Shown piece by piece: positions 1 through 11,897 of a DNA stretch of 64,000 nucleotides. Numbering within the stretch: the first letter of the stretch is position 1; each line of letters begins with the position of its first letter. Source of the stretch: Phoronis australis (Eukaryota > Animalia > Phoronida); NCBI GenBank assembly GCA_002633005.1, contig NMRA01000768.1:35261-99260 (forward strand). Direction: 5' to 3'. Made by a program: the position numbers and the translations under genes. Under the pieces are notes generated by a model that did no database searches, had not been told where the DNA came from, and saw nothing but the letters and a program-made list of their open reading frames with translations.

Positions 1-1240
1 TGAACATTTTTTCAATTATAAGGATCTATGAATCTCAAACTGTCTCCACAAACTCTTTTATACTTCTATGTCAAGTGAATATTGGAACTTGTTTATCTTA
101 CTCCTCATACTTTTTATTTAAAAATCATCAATTTTCTTATATGTGTTAACACCAGTTTAGTGTTGCATAACTTTTCAATTCAATAGGACTGCAGACAAGC
201 ACTTGGCTCAAATCAAGTTGCCCATGACTTGATTAATGGCTTAGTGAACATATTGCACTCTGTTCACTGGCAATATGGGCTTTTTGTATTGGGATAAGTT
301 GGGATATATGCCAATCGTATTTTTTGAGTTTTGATTTCTTTGGAGATGTGTTGGCTGAATTAACCAACCTGTCAACGTTAACAGATCAAAAAATACCACC
401 CATTTTTAATGCAACACTTCTTACAGGAACGACCACCCATAATTTGAGTTTTTTTCTGAAGACCACCACCCATGAATTTTTATTTCTACTGCCGTCCCCC
501 CCTCCCACACGGATTTTACTGGAACAGCCCTAATAGAAACTTCAGTTGGTGTCCTGGTTGGAGGAAACTGGTTGTAGTAAATGTTTGAATGAGACGCGTG
601 TTAGGGTTAGGACACATACTGGTATGCCAACGTAACGAATGTCTTTTAGTAAGCCTATAAAACTATGTATTTCCAAAATTCTTGATGATCACAGAATTTT
701 ACCAAGTGTACAAAAGCAATGCCCAGGTGTTTGTGGAGACAAGATTGCATATTGCTCAAAATTGTGATTTATCATGGAGATTGGTATATTTTTCACAAGC
801 ATGATTTTTTCACATGTAACTTAAACAAATTATTTTTCTTTATTCTAATTGCTAAAAAGGACACTCAGGGATATTCTTTTAAGACCTTTTAGCCTTTAAT
901 GTTAATGTCTTCAATTTTGACAGTGGAGTTTTTAAGCTAAAAATTCTTAAAAGAATATCTCATCAAATAGAATAAAAGGAACAGAATTTTCAAGTTTCGT
1001 TAAACACTCATGTCCTTGGAAATTACACGATCTCTGTGAAAAATCTAAGATTTTTAGATAGATGCAATACCTTAACGCATTAACTGATTTTGTTGAGTTT
1101 TAATTTAGAAATTGGTCCCGTCATAAATAGACGCTGCTATAGTTTATGGAATACCATTATCAAGACAGTTGCATAACAGTCAGTTTGATGTAGCCAAATG
1201 TGTGTAGCTAGATGTTGTTATGGTTTGCACTATTTTCTAG

Positions 1241-1370
1241 GAAATCCACAATAGTGCGGCTGCTCTACCGTTTCTTCGACCCTCAGAGTGGTAACATTAA
1301 AATAAATGGTCAAGATCTGGAAGATGTCACATTGAGTAGTACGAGGAAATCTATCGGTGTGGTACCTCAG
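1241..1370 (+). CDS. ABCB7: ABCB7 exon ([14 protein letters not shown]...IGVVPQ)
   Basis: ttttctag acceptor at 1240, gtgaac donor at 1371. Confidence 0.92.
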
Positions 1371-4106
1371 GTGAACTGGAAAAGGCTTTTAAAACTAACA
1401 ACAAACCCTCAATTCATCCAAGAAACTACCTTTTTATTTTGACCTCATGGAAATAAGTGACTGCGTGTTATTGTTTTAGGCTATTCTCAGTGCACAAAAT
1501 GACCTGCTGTCATGAGCTCGGTTTCAGGGCATTGGTGAACTGCTTAATTTTATTAAGACCATTTTCATAACAGTGCTAATAAAAAGTTAGTTTTTATGGC
1601 TGAAATTGGGTTTTTAGTCCCTTTAAGGAAGTGGTGAGATGTAATAATAAGCCAATGTGTGAGTCATTCATTTGTCAGTGGTGCAAAGATTCGCCTTTTC
1701 TCGCTGTCTTCTCCGATTTTGTTTCCTGAGATCTATGTTGATGTACCATGATTGTTGTAAGATATTGCTGAGGTTGGAAATTTTAGAAAATTTTTGCCAT
1801 TTTTCATCCATTGTTCATAGATAAAAATGTCTTGTGCTCCCGGGAACACAAAATGCATTAAAAATGTAGATCGTGTTTAACAAGTTAGAGCAAAAGGAAT
1901 TTTCCATAATAACATTAACAATGACCGAGTGTGGAGTTGCTGAATAATGTATGTTAGGTTGCAGTGATAGATTTGGGGGATGCAGGGTAAGTGGCTCCTC
2001 TCCTTCCCCTTGGTCACCGAAAAAAAAATAAAAGAGTAAAAATGACACGGAAATAGGTTTCGGCATTTATTGTGTTGCGCCTAATCTGGAACAGATATCG
2101 TAAAATGAAAAGTGTTGGTATCCTAGATCTGACACTGGATTGGATGTCTGTTATACTGTTATAGATTAATAGGTATTAATGAAATGCGTTAGAGTGAATG
2201 AAGATGTTCCCGGCCATGAGCTGGTGAGAAAGCCTAGGATTTATTCACTGCGGTTTTTGATGGGGTTCAGCTTAATTAGGCTATTGATTTTGGTTCTTAG
2301 GACTCAGTTCTCTTCCACAATGACATCTTCTACAACCTGCAATATGGGGATATCCACGCACCTAAGGAGGCGGTCATTGAGGCTGCCAAAATGGCTGACA
2401 TTCATGACACCATCATGAACTTCCCAGAACAGTATAATACACCGGTGGGTGAGAGAGGAATGAAACTCTCGGGTGAGTAACTTACTGCAGTTTGTTGACG
2501 TCGCTTGTGCAGGAGCTGAGATGACAGCACTTTAATTGAGACTCGACTTACATAATTATTTTGTTATAGTCTTATTTGTGTGTACTATGACAGTGTTTTT
2601 TCACAGATTTCCAAACTTCATTGTTCTAACTACTAACATCATCTGTTAGAAAAGAGGAAAATCAGCAATTTGGAATCTTTTTTATGAAAAACAAGATTGT
2701 CTGCTAAGGTTTTGTATGCTATCATAAATGATGACAGCCGATTACCAAAGATACCTCGGATCTTGATCATAAACAATTCAGAGTATTACCCAAAGAGTGT
2801 TTAACTGTTTGCATATTTCATTGTTAACTTTGGAAAGTAATTCCTCCATATCTTTCTCTGTTACCATGGATATGCTTGTTTACTGTCGTAGGTGGTGAGA
2901 AGCAGAGGATGTCAATAGCACGGGCTGTGTTGAAAAATCCACCGATTATCATCTATGATGAAGCTACTTCGTCCTTAGATTCAATAACCGAAGGGGTAGG
3001 TGTGGACGTCTTCTTTGGAAGGGGTGAAATATGCTACAAAAACTGGGGAGTCAGGTTTAAGCATATATTTAACCCCATGTAGGTAATGTGATTAATACCA
3101 CGGGACACCTGGTTTCAGGCAATAGGGATGAAAAGTGATTACGTCTCACTCCTGGCAGCAGCTCCAAATTGGAGACGAACAATATGGTGGTAGCCTAGTT
3201 GCTTGTTTTGACATATTTGTTCAAACCAGCAAGAGACGTAAGAAAAGCAACGATTAAAATGTTTCTTGGTGGCATGCTTTATTGTTGCGCTGCTAACGTG
3301 TGTGTTCAACTTTTGTCATTGCGGAAGTATCTGAGTATTGTGGAAAAAAAAAACATTTGAGGGAAGAGAATTGCGTTGAATTTCTCCGGAGTGGAATTGT
3401 AGGCTACTTGGAGCTGAGCTTTGAATGGCTATCCGAACAGGAGGGCTCATGCACTCAAGAACATTGCTCTGCTTTCATGAGCATGGCTTGTAGAAGTTGT
3501 AAACAATGCTCACTGACTCACAGCCGTGCATTCGCAAAAACGGCTTACGCACCCAAAAAGCACAGCTACCAGGCTACAGACATGTCTCCAGTACCTGTCA
3601 ACACGACTCACGGACTTATCACTGAGTTATGTACACAATTGCTAGCCGTATGTGTTAGTGAGCCTTGTTTTTTTGGTGCGCGAAAGCCAGGTTTGTGAGA
3701 CAGTGTGGGACTGTGTTGTTCAGGTAGCCTGTTTCATATCATTCCCATAGTAACAGGCACTTCTATTTTTTCCTTGTAGAAAATCTTGAATGCACTGCAC
3801 AGGGTTACAAAGAACAGAACTACTATTGTCATAGCACATAGATTGTCAACGGTAGTTGATGCTGATGAGATCATAGTGTTGAGTAATGGTCGTGTGGCGG
3901 AAAAGGGATCACATTACGAACTACTGGCCAATCCAGACAGTCTGTATTCACACATGTGGGAAAAGCAACACGAGGTGGCGCTAAGAGACTTGCAAGAAGA
4001 GGAGAAAGTTTCAAGGGCTGGTGACATGGATAAGAAAAAGACAAGTAATGATGATAATAATAATAATGTTGGTGATAAAGGAAGGACAGAACATCCGACC
4101 AATTAG
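1241..4106 (+). CDS. ABCB7: ABCB7/Atm1 mitochondrial ABC half-transporter, 3' part (nucleotide-binding domain; exons 1241-1370, 2301-2472, 2892-2995, 3780-4106)
   Basis: The spliced translation gives the Walker A end [16 protein letters not shown]-loop VVPQDSVLFHN, signature [15 protein letters not shown], Walker B/D-loop [15 protein letters not shown] (ABCB7-type) and H-loop [17 protein letters not shown]. All introns are GT-AG and in phase. Confidence 0.93.
1962..2137. mobile_element. Degenerate short MITE with CAGTG(N)nAGAT-type termini
   Basis: cagtgatagattt at the left end and agatctgacactg at the right end form imperfect TIRs. It resembles the element at 8905-9077. Confidence 0.4.
2301..2472 (+). 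CDS. ABCB7: ABCB7 exon ([16 protein letters not shown]...VGERGMKLS)
   Basis: ttcttag acceptor, gtgagt donor at 2473. This frame is absent from the ORF track and was read by hand. Confidence 0.92.
2892..2995 (+). CDS. ABCB7: ABCB7 exon ([35 protein letters not shown])
   Basis: gtcgtag acceptor, gtaggt donor at 2996; contains Walker B. Confidence 0.92.
3780..4106 (+). CDS. ABCB7: ABCB7 terminal coding exon
   Basis: ttttttccttgtag acceptor; [30 protein letters not shown]...; TAG stop at 4104-4106. Confidence 0.92.
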   Translation, partial: KILNALHRVTKNRTTIVIAHRLSTVVDADEIIVLSNGRVAEKGSHYELLANPDSLYSHMWEKQHEVALRDLQEEEKVSRAGDMDKKKTSNDDNNNNVGDKGRTEHPTN

Positions 4107-4732
4107 TGCAAGAAGTTTCGTGGTGTCATAATTAATAGTAACCAGAAGATACAAGTTGAAATGGGCAACGTTTGGATGTCACATATTTTAACTGGAAGAA
4201 GTCATTAATTTTCCCATCCACACGATACATTGTGCATCAAATGAATTTTCTAAGAAATTTAGAAATTGACATCTGTTGTCACTTCCTCCTAATGGCTGTG
4301 ACGTGGTTGTAATATTTCTTTGTATTTTGTCAACTGTTGATGATAGAAGGCTTTGATGAAGCTAAAAATATGATCCTGTGCTGCAGACGAGAAGGGCTCA
4401 CCACATCAGATAGGTGGCAGCAGAAGTCGTTAGTGCGACATGACCAATCTCTTGATCTTTGCTCATTTAGCATACAATAAGGGTGGAATGGTCAAATTTT
4501 ATCTCGTCAAATTCCTCAACAGAAAGTAGACGCAAGTAGCCGTGAGATATATTTACTCAGGATATAAACCCATTCAGTATTACAAACAAACTGTTTTTCC
4601 ATAGGGTCCTGATAAGAACGAAATTATTGGAAATCTGACTAACAAAATGGTATGAGAAAAATTAAAATAATATTGAAATTGTTAATAACTGGCAACAACT
4701 ATGTGAAAGACTAGTCGTTTAAAGATGTATTT

Positions 4733-5122
4733 GCGTGCTCCTAACTGTGCTAATGTATAGCAGGAACTAAATGACAATGCCATTTGAATATTGTCTATGC
4801 TAAGCAAAGTACAGTTATATTCATGGACAGCTTGTAAATGTGAAAAGAAAAAAATCTGCCAATAGGTGATCTTTACTGACACTAATAATGTACCTTGGGG
4901 GTTCCCATAGCTCGCATCATGCAGTGTTATCCCCAACACCACGTCACGTTACTTACTGGATACGGTTGAGTGATTTATGGCGGACCATTTTCGACACAAA
5001 ACTCGTTCTTAAAAACATTTGGCAATTTTCAATCTACTTTGTATTCACATTGTCGCTATATGTTGTGTTTTTAACTAATTTGACCAAGCTATCACAGAAA
5101 TGAGGAATTAGCATGCAACTAC
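4733..5122 (+). repeat. Dispersed ~400-bp repeat (TE remnant) downstream of the ABCB7 stop
   Basis: Aligns by eye to the reverse complement of 26566-26953 and 24108-24495; shared blocks include aatgtaccttggggg and cacaaaactcgttcttaaaaacatttggcaatt. Confidence 0.8.
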
Positions 5123-7363
5123 CTGGATTCAAAGTTTCTAATAAATTCACTCTGGCAGACATCAGTATGGAAATAGTTCCATAGTATGACACCAGGGTAG
5201 ATGGATGAATGTTTGCCAAAATTAGAACAGGTTTTATGGAGGTGGAGATAGAGATTGACATTGGCACTTGACCTAGTTTGTCAATAGTGAATGGGGTCTA
5301 CCAGTTGTATTTTGTCACCAAGATACTCTGGTGTAGAATTTAGATAATTCTAACTCACACTTAGCTGCAAGGTTTTTAGAGACAGTATATGTGTCACACA
5401 AGAACAGTATCGGCTAAAGTTTTGAATGCTTGCAGCAAAGTACGTAGTCATCATTTGAAATTAAAAGCTATTATTGTTTGTGTTAAATAACTGAAGAGTT
5501 AGATATTCAATTGGTTACAAAGATGGTCACTGTAGATCCTGTTTTTCCGTTTTTCTAAGTGCTCACTACTTTGTCACAGTGTTAGAAATTTGTCATGTGT
5601 TCAGTGTCAGCTGTATGGCATAGGTTGTTCTAAGTTAAGGTTCTGTAAGAAAGCTGTCCAAATTTGGCTAACTTTGGAACATTTTATCTCTGAAATGGCC
5701 AATCGGACTCATTTGAAACTTTCAAATACTATGCTTTGTGCACACTTCTCCAAAATGCTCTTTGAAATTGGTTTCGGAATTTATGTCTTGTGCAATGAGG
5801 AGCTATCAGAAATAAGGCTTTCGATAATTTAGAAAAATGGCGAAGCATTTTTGAATTTCATGTTGAACATTTGTGGGCTTCAAGCATGGAAATCATTTCT
5901 GATTCAAATAATACATGGCTGAATTTATTCAATAGGTGGTGTTTGACTGAAGATGCAAGTTTATTGCTCATTTATAAGAATGATTTTATGAATGTGTATT
6001 GATATGTTAATTGTAAAATATTTTGAAAGTTGTTATAGCGAAGCCGCACATCACTAGTTTATATCCTGATGGTGCTGTGATGTGCCATGAGGGACGGGAC
6101 TGTTTGCTGCTGAGTATCAAGGGGGTTTGTGTCCCCGCCGTATCATAACATCACAAATGTTAGGTCAACCTTCATTTTCATATTTTCCAAATTAGTGGTT
6201 GGTGCTATATTGACGGTGGATGACAATGCGTAGGATTTTTCAATACATTCTACGGTTTGTTTTATAACTTGAGGAAGCGAGGATTATGTAGATGCAAGTT
6301 TGAGGCCAAACTGTTATACAAGGGCATTGTGTGAAATTTTCAGTGACTATGTAGCAGGGATCTAAACGTTATATTGTGTGTTGCTGCGGCGGATCAGAAG
6401 TGATCAATTTCAAAGTTACATAAACAACTGCTGTGAGACACTTCTGGACATCAAAAATGCCTTGATTTTGAGTTAACACAATTTACTGAAATTATAAATC
6501 ATGAGTGTAGTCTAATTAATTAAATGATTTTTAAAAGTTGTAAAACAATTTTGTTATTTTGTTCTTATTGCTGGTAATGTGGTGGTGGTTGTGAATAACT
6601 GTACTTAAAATGCCGCCCATTTTATTGTGAACAGTTTCCTTGAAAAAATTCTGTAATTAATTTAATATTTTGTTGTTTGTTCAGAATTAATGATCTTTGC
6701 TGTGTGATTCATAGTATTTCATAAACCCCAATTTTTCATTTTTCTCTTTTCACTAATTTCAGAAATGTGTTTTGTTAAAGCTGCTTTTCTCTGTTAAACC
6801 GTCACTTTAAACATATTTTGCATTTTTAACCGAAAAATCAAAACGAATTGCTGATCTATGTTGTACTCACAGGAAATGGTCATTGTTTTATCGTGTGACT
6901 GGCCGATTTTTGAACGGAAATCCCTGCATGCCATTTTTGAATTGCAGGGTTGTCCAACCCCAATAAAATTTTAATTTAACGATTTTTCAAAAAGTTTCAT
7001 GACCTGTTGAGGGTTTTTGTGTACCTCTTGGTAACAGAAAACAAGTCCAGTATTGGTAAGGGGAATTTTGAGGCAAATTTTATAGGAGTAAAAGGCATAA
7101 TTTGAGTTTCGTTTTTATCCAGCTAAATACAGTCAATATAAAATGCAAGGCTTTGAGTGGTACAAAATCTTATTGGGTTCGTCATTGATTTGCATCTAAT
7201 GGTGTAATCGGTGATCTTCATCGTTTTGGTCATTCCTGTAATGAATGGCATGCTTTGTCCTGAATCTTGTTTGAGGAATTTGCTCATTTATCATCTCTGT
7301 GGTCTATTATATGCTTTTAAGTGTGTGTGATAATTGTTTATTGTTTCTTCAGTCTATTGTGCA

Positions 7364-7369
7364 AATAAA
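7364..7369 (+). terminator. Candidate ABCB7 polyadenylation signal
   Basis: AATAAA followed by a T-rich tract. Another AATAAA lies at 6962-6967. Confidence 0.35.
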
Positions 7370-7593
7370 ATTTTCTTTTCTTTTTACAACTCTCTAGTTA
7401 GTTTTGCTGAGGCATATATTTGAATTTTTGAACTGTTGGTCAATTGTAGCTGTGTGTTGAAATTATGAGAACTTGCATGGATACAATTTAAATCCAAAAA
7501 CTATCTTGATTAAATTTGTTAGCGTCTAGAAACCATGTTCACATTAAAAACATCAACTGTCATCACAAGTGCATTGTGATGTAAGCTAGAATC

Positions 7594-7748
7594 AATGCAC
7601 ACACGCATATTTGTGGTAAAGGGTAGAATGCACACACGCAGTGTGATAAAGGGTATAATGCACACAAGCATATTTGTGATACAGGGTAGAATGCACACAC
7701 GCATATTTGTGATATAGGGTAGATTGCACACACGCATATAAATTTGTG
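7594..7748. repeat. 33-bp minisatellite, about 4.5 copies
   Basis: Unit aatgcacacacgcatatttgtgataaagggtag, with variants. Confidence 0.9.
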
Positions 7749-7862
7749 CCATGTAAAGGACATGTCACAGCTTCACCACTCCAGTCTGCCTGAAGTCAAA
7801 TCAGTGGGGTGGGTGGGCAATCCCAGCAAAACATGTCTATTCGCAAACCTCCACACATACAA

Positions 7863-8159
7863 CAGGGTTTGGAATTTTCCTCTTTTAGGAGGATGCCCTC
7901 TTTTTGGTTTACATTTCCTCTTATTTTGATTATCAGTTTCCCTTTTTTGTTTCTTTTTGTCTCTTTTTTATCATTATGTATTTATTAACCAATCATTTAT
8001 ACTTGTTTCTCATTTATTTTTCATAAAATGTTGAAAATTAGCACAATCTTATTTATGATTGTAATATGAATTTCTTATTTCATCTATGAACACATTTCTT
8101 GTAGTAGTAATATTTGTGAACAAATATTCCCCGTCAAATGGTCGTGCCCAAAGTCACTG
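7863..8159 (-). mobile_element. Old inverted copy of the CAGGGCTTGGAAT MITE family
   Basis: cagggtttggaattttcctctttta matches the reverse complement of the right end of the 34521-34763 copy. The other end is degenerate. Confidence 0.5.
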
Positions 8160-8243
8160 TTCTGCACAAATGTTGACCTAGTAGAACTCGTGTTTATCTG
8201 ATAGATACGAATATGCGGCTTACATAGCTCTCGTAGCTCTGTT

Positions 8244-8270
8244 GTTCCTGGTTACAAGTACACTTCCGGT
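8244..8270 (+). promoter_or_regulatory. Candidate promoter of the 288-aa gene: X-box-like GTTCCTGGTTAC and ETS-type ACTTCCGGT
   Basis: The motifs lie upstream of a gtaagt donor at 8475, which can pair with the tatcttacag acceptor at 9330 to give a non-coding first exon. Confidence 0.4.
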
Positions 8271-8904
8271 AGGCCTCCTTCAATTTCTGTGTAGGTCGGT
8301 CGTGTGTGCGGTCCCAGGTCTTTGTAACATTGTCTGTGTTTATGTGATAAATTAGCGAAGAAACGTCGGTCTCAAGAGAGGATTTTTATCAAGGCACAGG
8401 TGACTAGCCCATGCCACGCTACCTTTGATATTTCAGTCGCACATACACTTGTGACTTTTGTGTTGCTGTTAGTGGTAAGTCAAACATTTCGTTTCAGCAT
8501 GGTAAGACCACAGGCGGTCCTTTATTAGAGGCGATATGACACGGTGCTAGGGGAGAGGAAATTTCCAGAAAAATCTATTCCCCAAGCCAAGAAATGAACC
8601 TGAACAACCAGTCAGATACTTGAAATACTATCTAGCGTGCAGCGGTTTGGGGGTGCCTGAGACAATTTTTTTATTGGAATGTGCTCCCTCTACTAAAAGA
8701 CAGGCACCCTGTAGTACTAACAAAAGTAAAACAATCACATTTTGAAAAAGTTTATTGTGATTGGATGCCCCCTGATGTGGATGCTCAAGGCCGTCGGTCT
8801 GCATGCTACTGCTGGCCCGCCTAGTAAAGCGAGGTTCACATAGGTGGTGCAGCACTAAAACAGTGGGGTGGCTATCATGATAGCCCCCCCCCATATAGAA
8901 GCCA

Positions 8905-9077
8905 CATAGGCGGATCTATGTTGGGGGGGGTCTCATGGGGTTTGACCCCCCGGGATAGGATCAAAAATAAAAATTTTAAAAAACGTTGCCAGGAAAACGA
9001 AATCAGCTACAAAAACCAAAGAAATCGAATTCGCGCGAATCATAAACCCCCTTACTGGAAATGTAGATCTGCCACTG
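8905..9077. mobile_element. Short MITE with GGCGGATCTA / TAGATCTGCC termini
   Basis: Imperfect TIRs, with a G-run and a C-run inside the ends; no clean TSD. Confidence 0.5.
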
Positions 9078-9348
9078 GGCCACTTTCTCAACAATATTAG
9101 CATATTATTTACTAATCTGAGTTTGTTGCCTGTGGCGTTTACAAGTTGAAAATCTCGAATATCAGTTTGAGGATGGGGGTTTAATTCCTACAAAGCCAGA
9201 ATGAACTTATTTTGAACACTCAAGGTGGTGTATCCCAACTGTCAACTAGTTGAGTCAGTACCGACCACTTGACATTAATGTTGCAATGCACAGTCAGTAA
9301 GCTATTGTTAATAGTATTTTTATCTTACAGGTTAGATAGCAGACAAAA

Positions 9349-10215
9349 ATGTCACTTTACAGCAGTCGCTCAAGTTCTTCAAAGAGCAGTCTCAGCTCAC
9401 GATCTTATTCTGGCAGTCTACAGCATCACATCGACGACAGATTTACAACCTCATATAACCAGCAGTTTAACCAATCAACAAAACATCAGAAAAGAGATGG
9501 CTTTCATGAGTTGCCCCATACATATTACACACAGGAAGGGCCTAATACTGTGTACAATAGACCATTTGCTATACCAAGACTCGAACCGCGAGTTAAGCCA
9601 GAGGGTCTAAATAATTATCTCCATGCAAACGATGGAACTATAGATACAGTGATAAGAAATGACGATGGGTTGCAGTACACCAGATGTGCATCTGCTCTAA
9701 ATTTGTATCAAGGAACTGATTGGCTGAAGGATTCTTGTGCAGTTAAAGAGTGTTTGGGTAAGGGCACAGCACCTCATTTGGACACTGAAGAATTTCGATC
9801 GCCAAATGCAGTGGCAAGAGTAAAACCCGAGGCTCGGGATATAGCTTTATCTCACAAAGGCGATCACATGACTGACATTTTTCATAACTATGGAAAGGAA
9901 GTTGAATCAACTAAAAGTAGATCATCAGCAACTAAGAATTTTGATGGCTATGCAGGTTCATCGGCACATCTGGATACTGAAAAATTCTTGTCGCCCAATC
10001 CAATCCCTCGCGTAAAGCCAGAAGCTTCACATATTGCCGACAATCATTCAGGTCAAGGTGCACTAGACAGTGTACACAAATATGGCCAACCATATTTTTC
10101 TCGACCACCGGCTCCAAAAGTCAATCAGAATGCCAGAGACATTCATGAAAACCACAGAGGAGCAGTTGGACTGCTGTTTCAGCTTCAAGGACAAAGACTC
10201 AACTCTAAATGGTAG
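9349..10215 (+). CDS. Uncharacterised 288-aa protein with internal PRVKPEA repeats
   Basis: 867-nt ORF in AT-rich DNA. The ATG is 18 nt after a strong acceptor (9330) in aaaaATG context. Amino-acid repeats are conserved despite synonymous divergence. AATAAA at 10669-10674. Confidence 0.85.
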   Translation: MSLYSSRSSSSKSSLSSRSYSGSLQHHIDDRFTTSYNQQFNQSTKHQKRDGFHELPHTYYTQEGPNTVYNRPFAIPRLEPRVKPEGLNNYLHANDGTIDTVIRNDDGLQYTRCASALNLYQGTDWLKDSCAVKECLGKGTAPHLDTEEFRSPNAVARVKPEARDIALSHKGDHMTDIFHNYGKEVESTKSRSSATKNFDGYAGSSAHLDTEKFLSPNPIPRVKPEASHIADNHSGQGALDSVHKYGQPYFSRPPAPKVNQNARDIHENHRGAVGLLFQLQGQRLNSKW

Positions 10216-11121
10216 AACATTTTACCGGAAACAAAATTACAGTACTGTAATCGGTTTTGCAACCTTTTAGTGAAGATAACGGCTGCACACAGTCAAGAAC
10301 TTTCAATTTCTTATTTATCCGTCCTTACAGTGTTTTTATCAATACTTCCAGGAATGTGCTTCTGATCGACTTGTATGCTTTGTTTACATAAGGACTACCC
10401 ATGTTGTAGCCTAACTGGACAAATTTGATTTCGAGACGAGGCTTTGCAATCAAAATCCATGGTGTCTCACTGGTGTACCATAAAGAATCTTATCATTACA
10501 TGCAAGTCTCAAGTGGGAAGAATTACTGCTGAAAGCATCATTGTGAATTATTAATTACTGTCAGTTTGTACCTACGCTCTAGTATCCGTATACAGCCCCA
10601 TTAACGATGTCTTCGTTCACTGGTCAAGTTCAGAAAATTGCCAGATTTCACATCCAGTCTTTTAAACGAATAAAATTTCTTCTTCGAATGCGATTCAGTG
10701 GTGCTCATGGCAGATGAAAAAATGTGGGTAGACTAGGTGCTAAGCAATTCTCTAATTGATGAATTTTTCAGTCAGTGATTTTTCCTGTTCAGCAATTACA
10801 CGAGGATTTTTTAGTGTGGAGGACAAACACTCAAATTGTGAACCACCTAAACTCAAATTTGACCACCACACTCATAATTTCGGCCTCCATACACAATTTT
10901 TGACCGGCTGTTTTATCGACTACGACTACCAGTGCATTAAGTGGTCTTGACCAGTAAACCACCATTACATTTTTCAGTCTCAGTGCCCACTGTATTATAT
11001 ATATTGCCTTTTTATGGAATTTTATTACACAACTATGACCTTTACAAAAATTACCAAATGGCAGTGTTCCATCATTCGCAATGCACCCAATTGCAATCCT
11101 GGTGAGAACACTGCTTTCTGT

Positions 11122-11214
11122 TATAGTCACAGGAATCCTGAATTTTGAGAACCAGCTTTCTCTAATGAATTTAACAAGTTAAACTGGTTCTCGAAATGGA
11201 GGTCCCCATGACTA
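11122..11214. mobile_element. ~95-bp hairpin MITE (TAGTCA...GAGAACCAG / CTGGTTCTC...TGACTA)
   Basis: Palindromic arms; related copies at about 43775-43871 and 53822-53950. Confidence 0.55.
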
Positions 11215-11897
11215 AATTGTCTTGCTGTCTATTACAAGTTGAAAAAATAACCATTTATTTCATGGATGATGATTGAAACTAACTAAGTTCATGAAAGAGC
11301 TGTGCAATATATAAACTAAGAGCAGACATCTGACTGTTATGTTTTATTAGTAACTTGATCGCAATAAGGATACTTTGTAAAGACAGTACAACAAAATATG
11401 GTCATCGTAAAAAACAACCCAATTTTCAAAACTGGGTAAAAGGCCAGAACAAAACGAGTGCATTTTGACAGCCTTGGTACCTCTCAAGAATAACATTTTC
11501 CAGTTTGAAAATCAATGCAATACAGATCATTTGGACAATTGACTTCCAAGGTGGAACAGAATTAAACGTGATAATTTGGAATTTTCAAGACATAAATTTA
11601 ATACAAAATCAACAGAGTGACAAAACTACAGTTAGAGAATTTTTACAAGTAACTTGTACATAGTAGACATTTTTCTCAGTTGGAATTTCTCTTATGCACA
11701 CAATTTTATAGCAACTGTACGACCTGCAAAAAGACTAACAGAGAGTACAGGATCGTATTCTGTTGAAAATGACTCGATGAATAATGACTGACTAAAAGGC
11801 AGGACACCACAAAAGCTTCGCAAGCAAGGGCATCATACTAGCCCATAAGCATGCGGCCATGAACTGGTCCCATCTAAAAGCAAAATGTAAATGTTAA

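Noticed and set aside
3191-3698. 132-aa ORF and a possible TAGCC-terminal element in an ABCB7 intron
   Set aside because: The ORF is not needed for the ABCB7 frame and has no recognisable homology; the inverted ends match only 10/12 and there is no TSD.
4107-7370. Iron-responsive element in the ABCB7 3' UTR
   Set aside because: CAGTGN hexamers near 4923, 5577, 5602 and 6341 lack the 5-bp upper stem with a bulged C.
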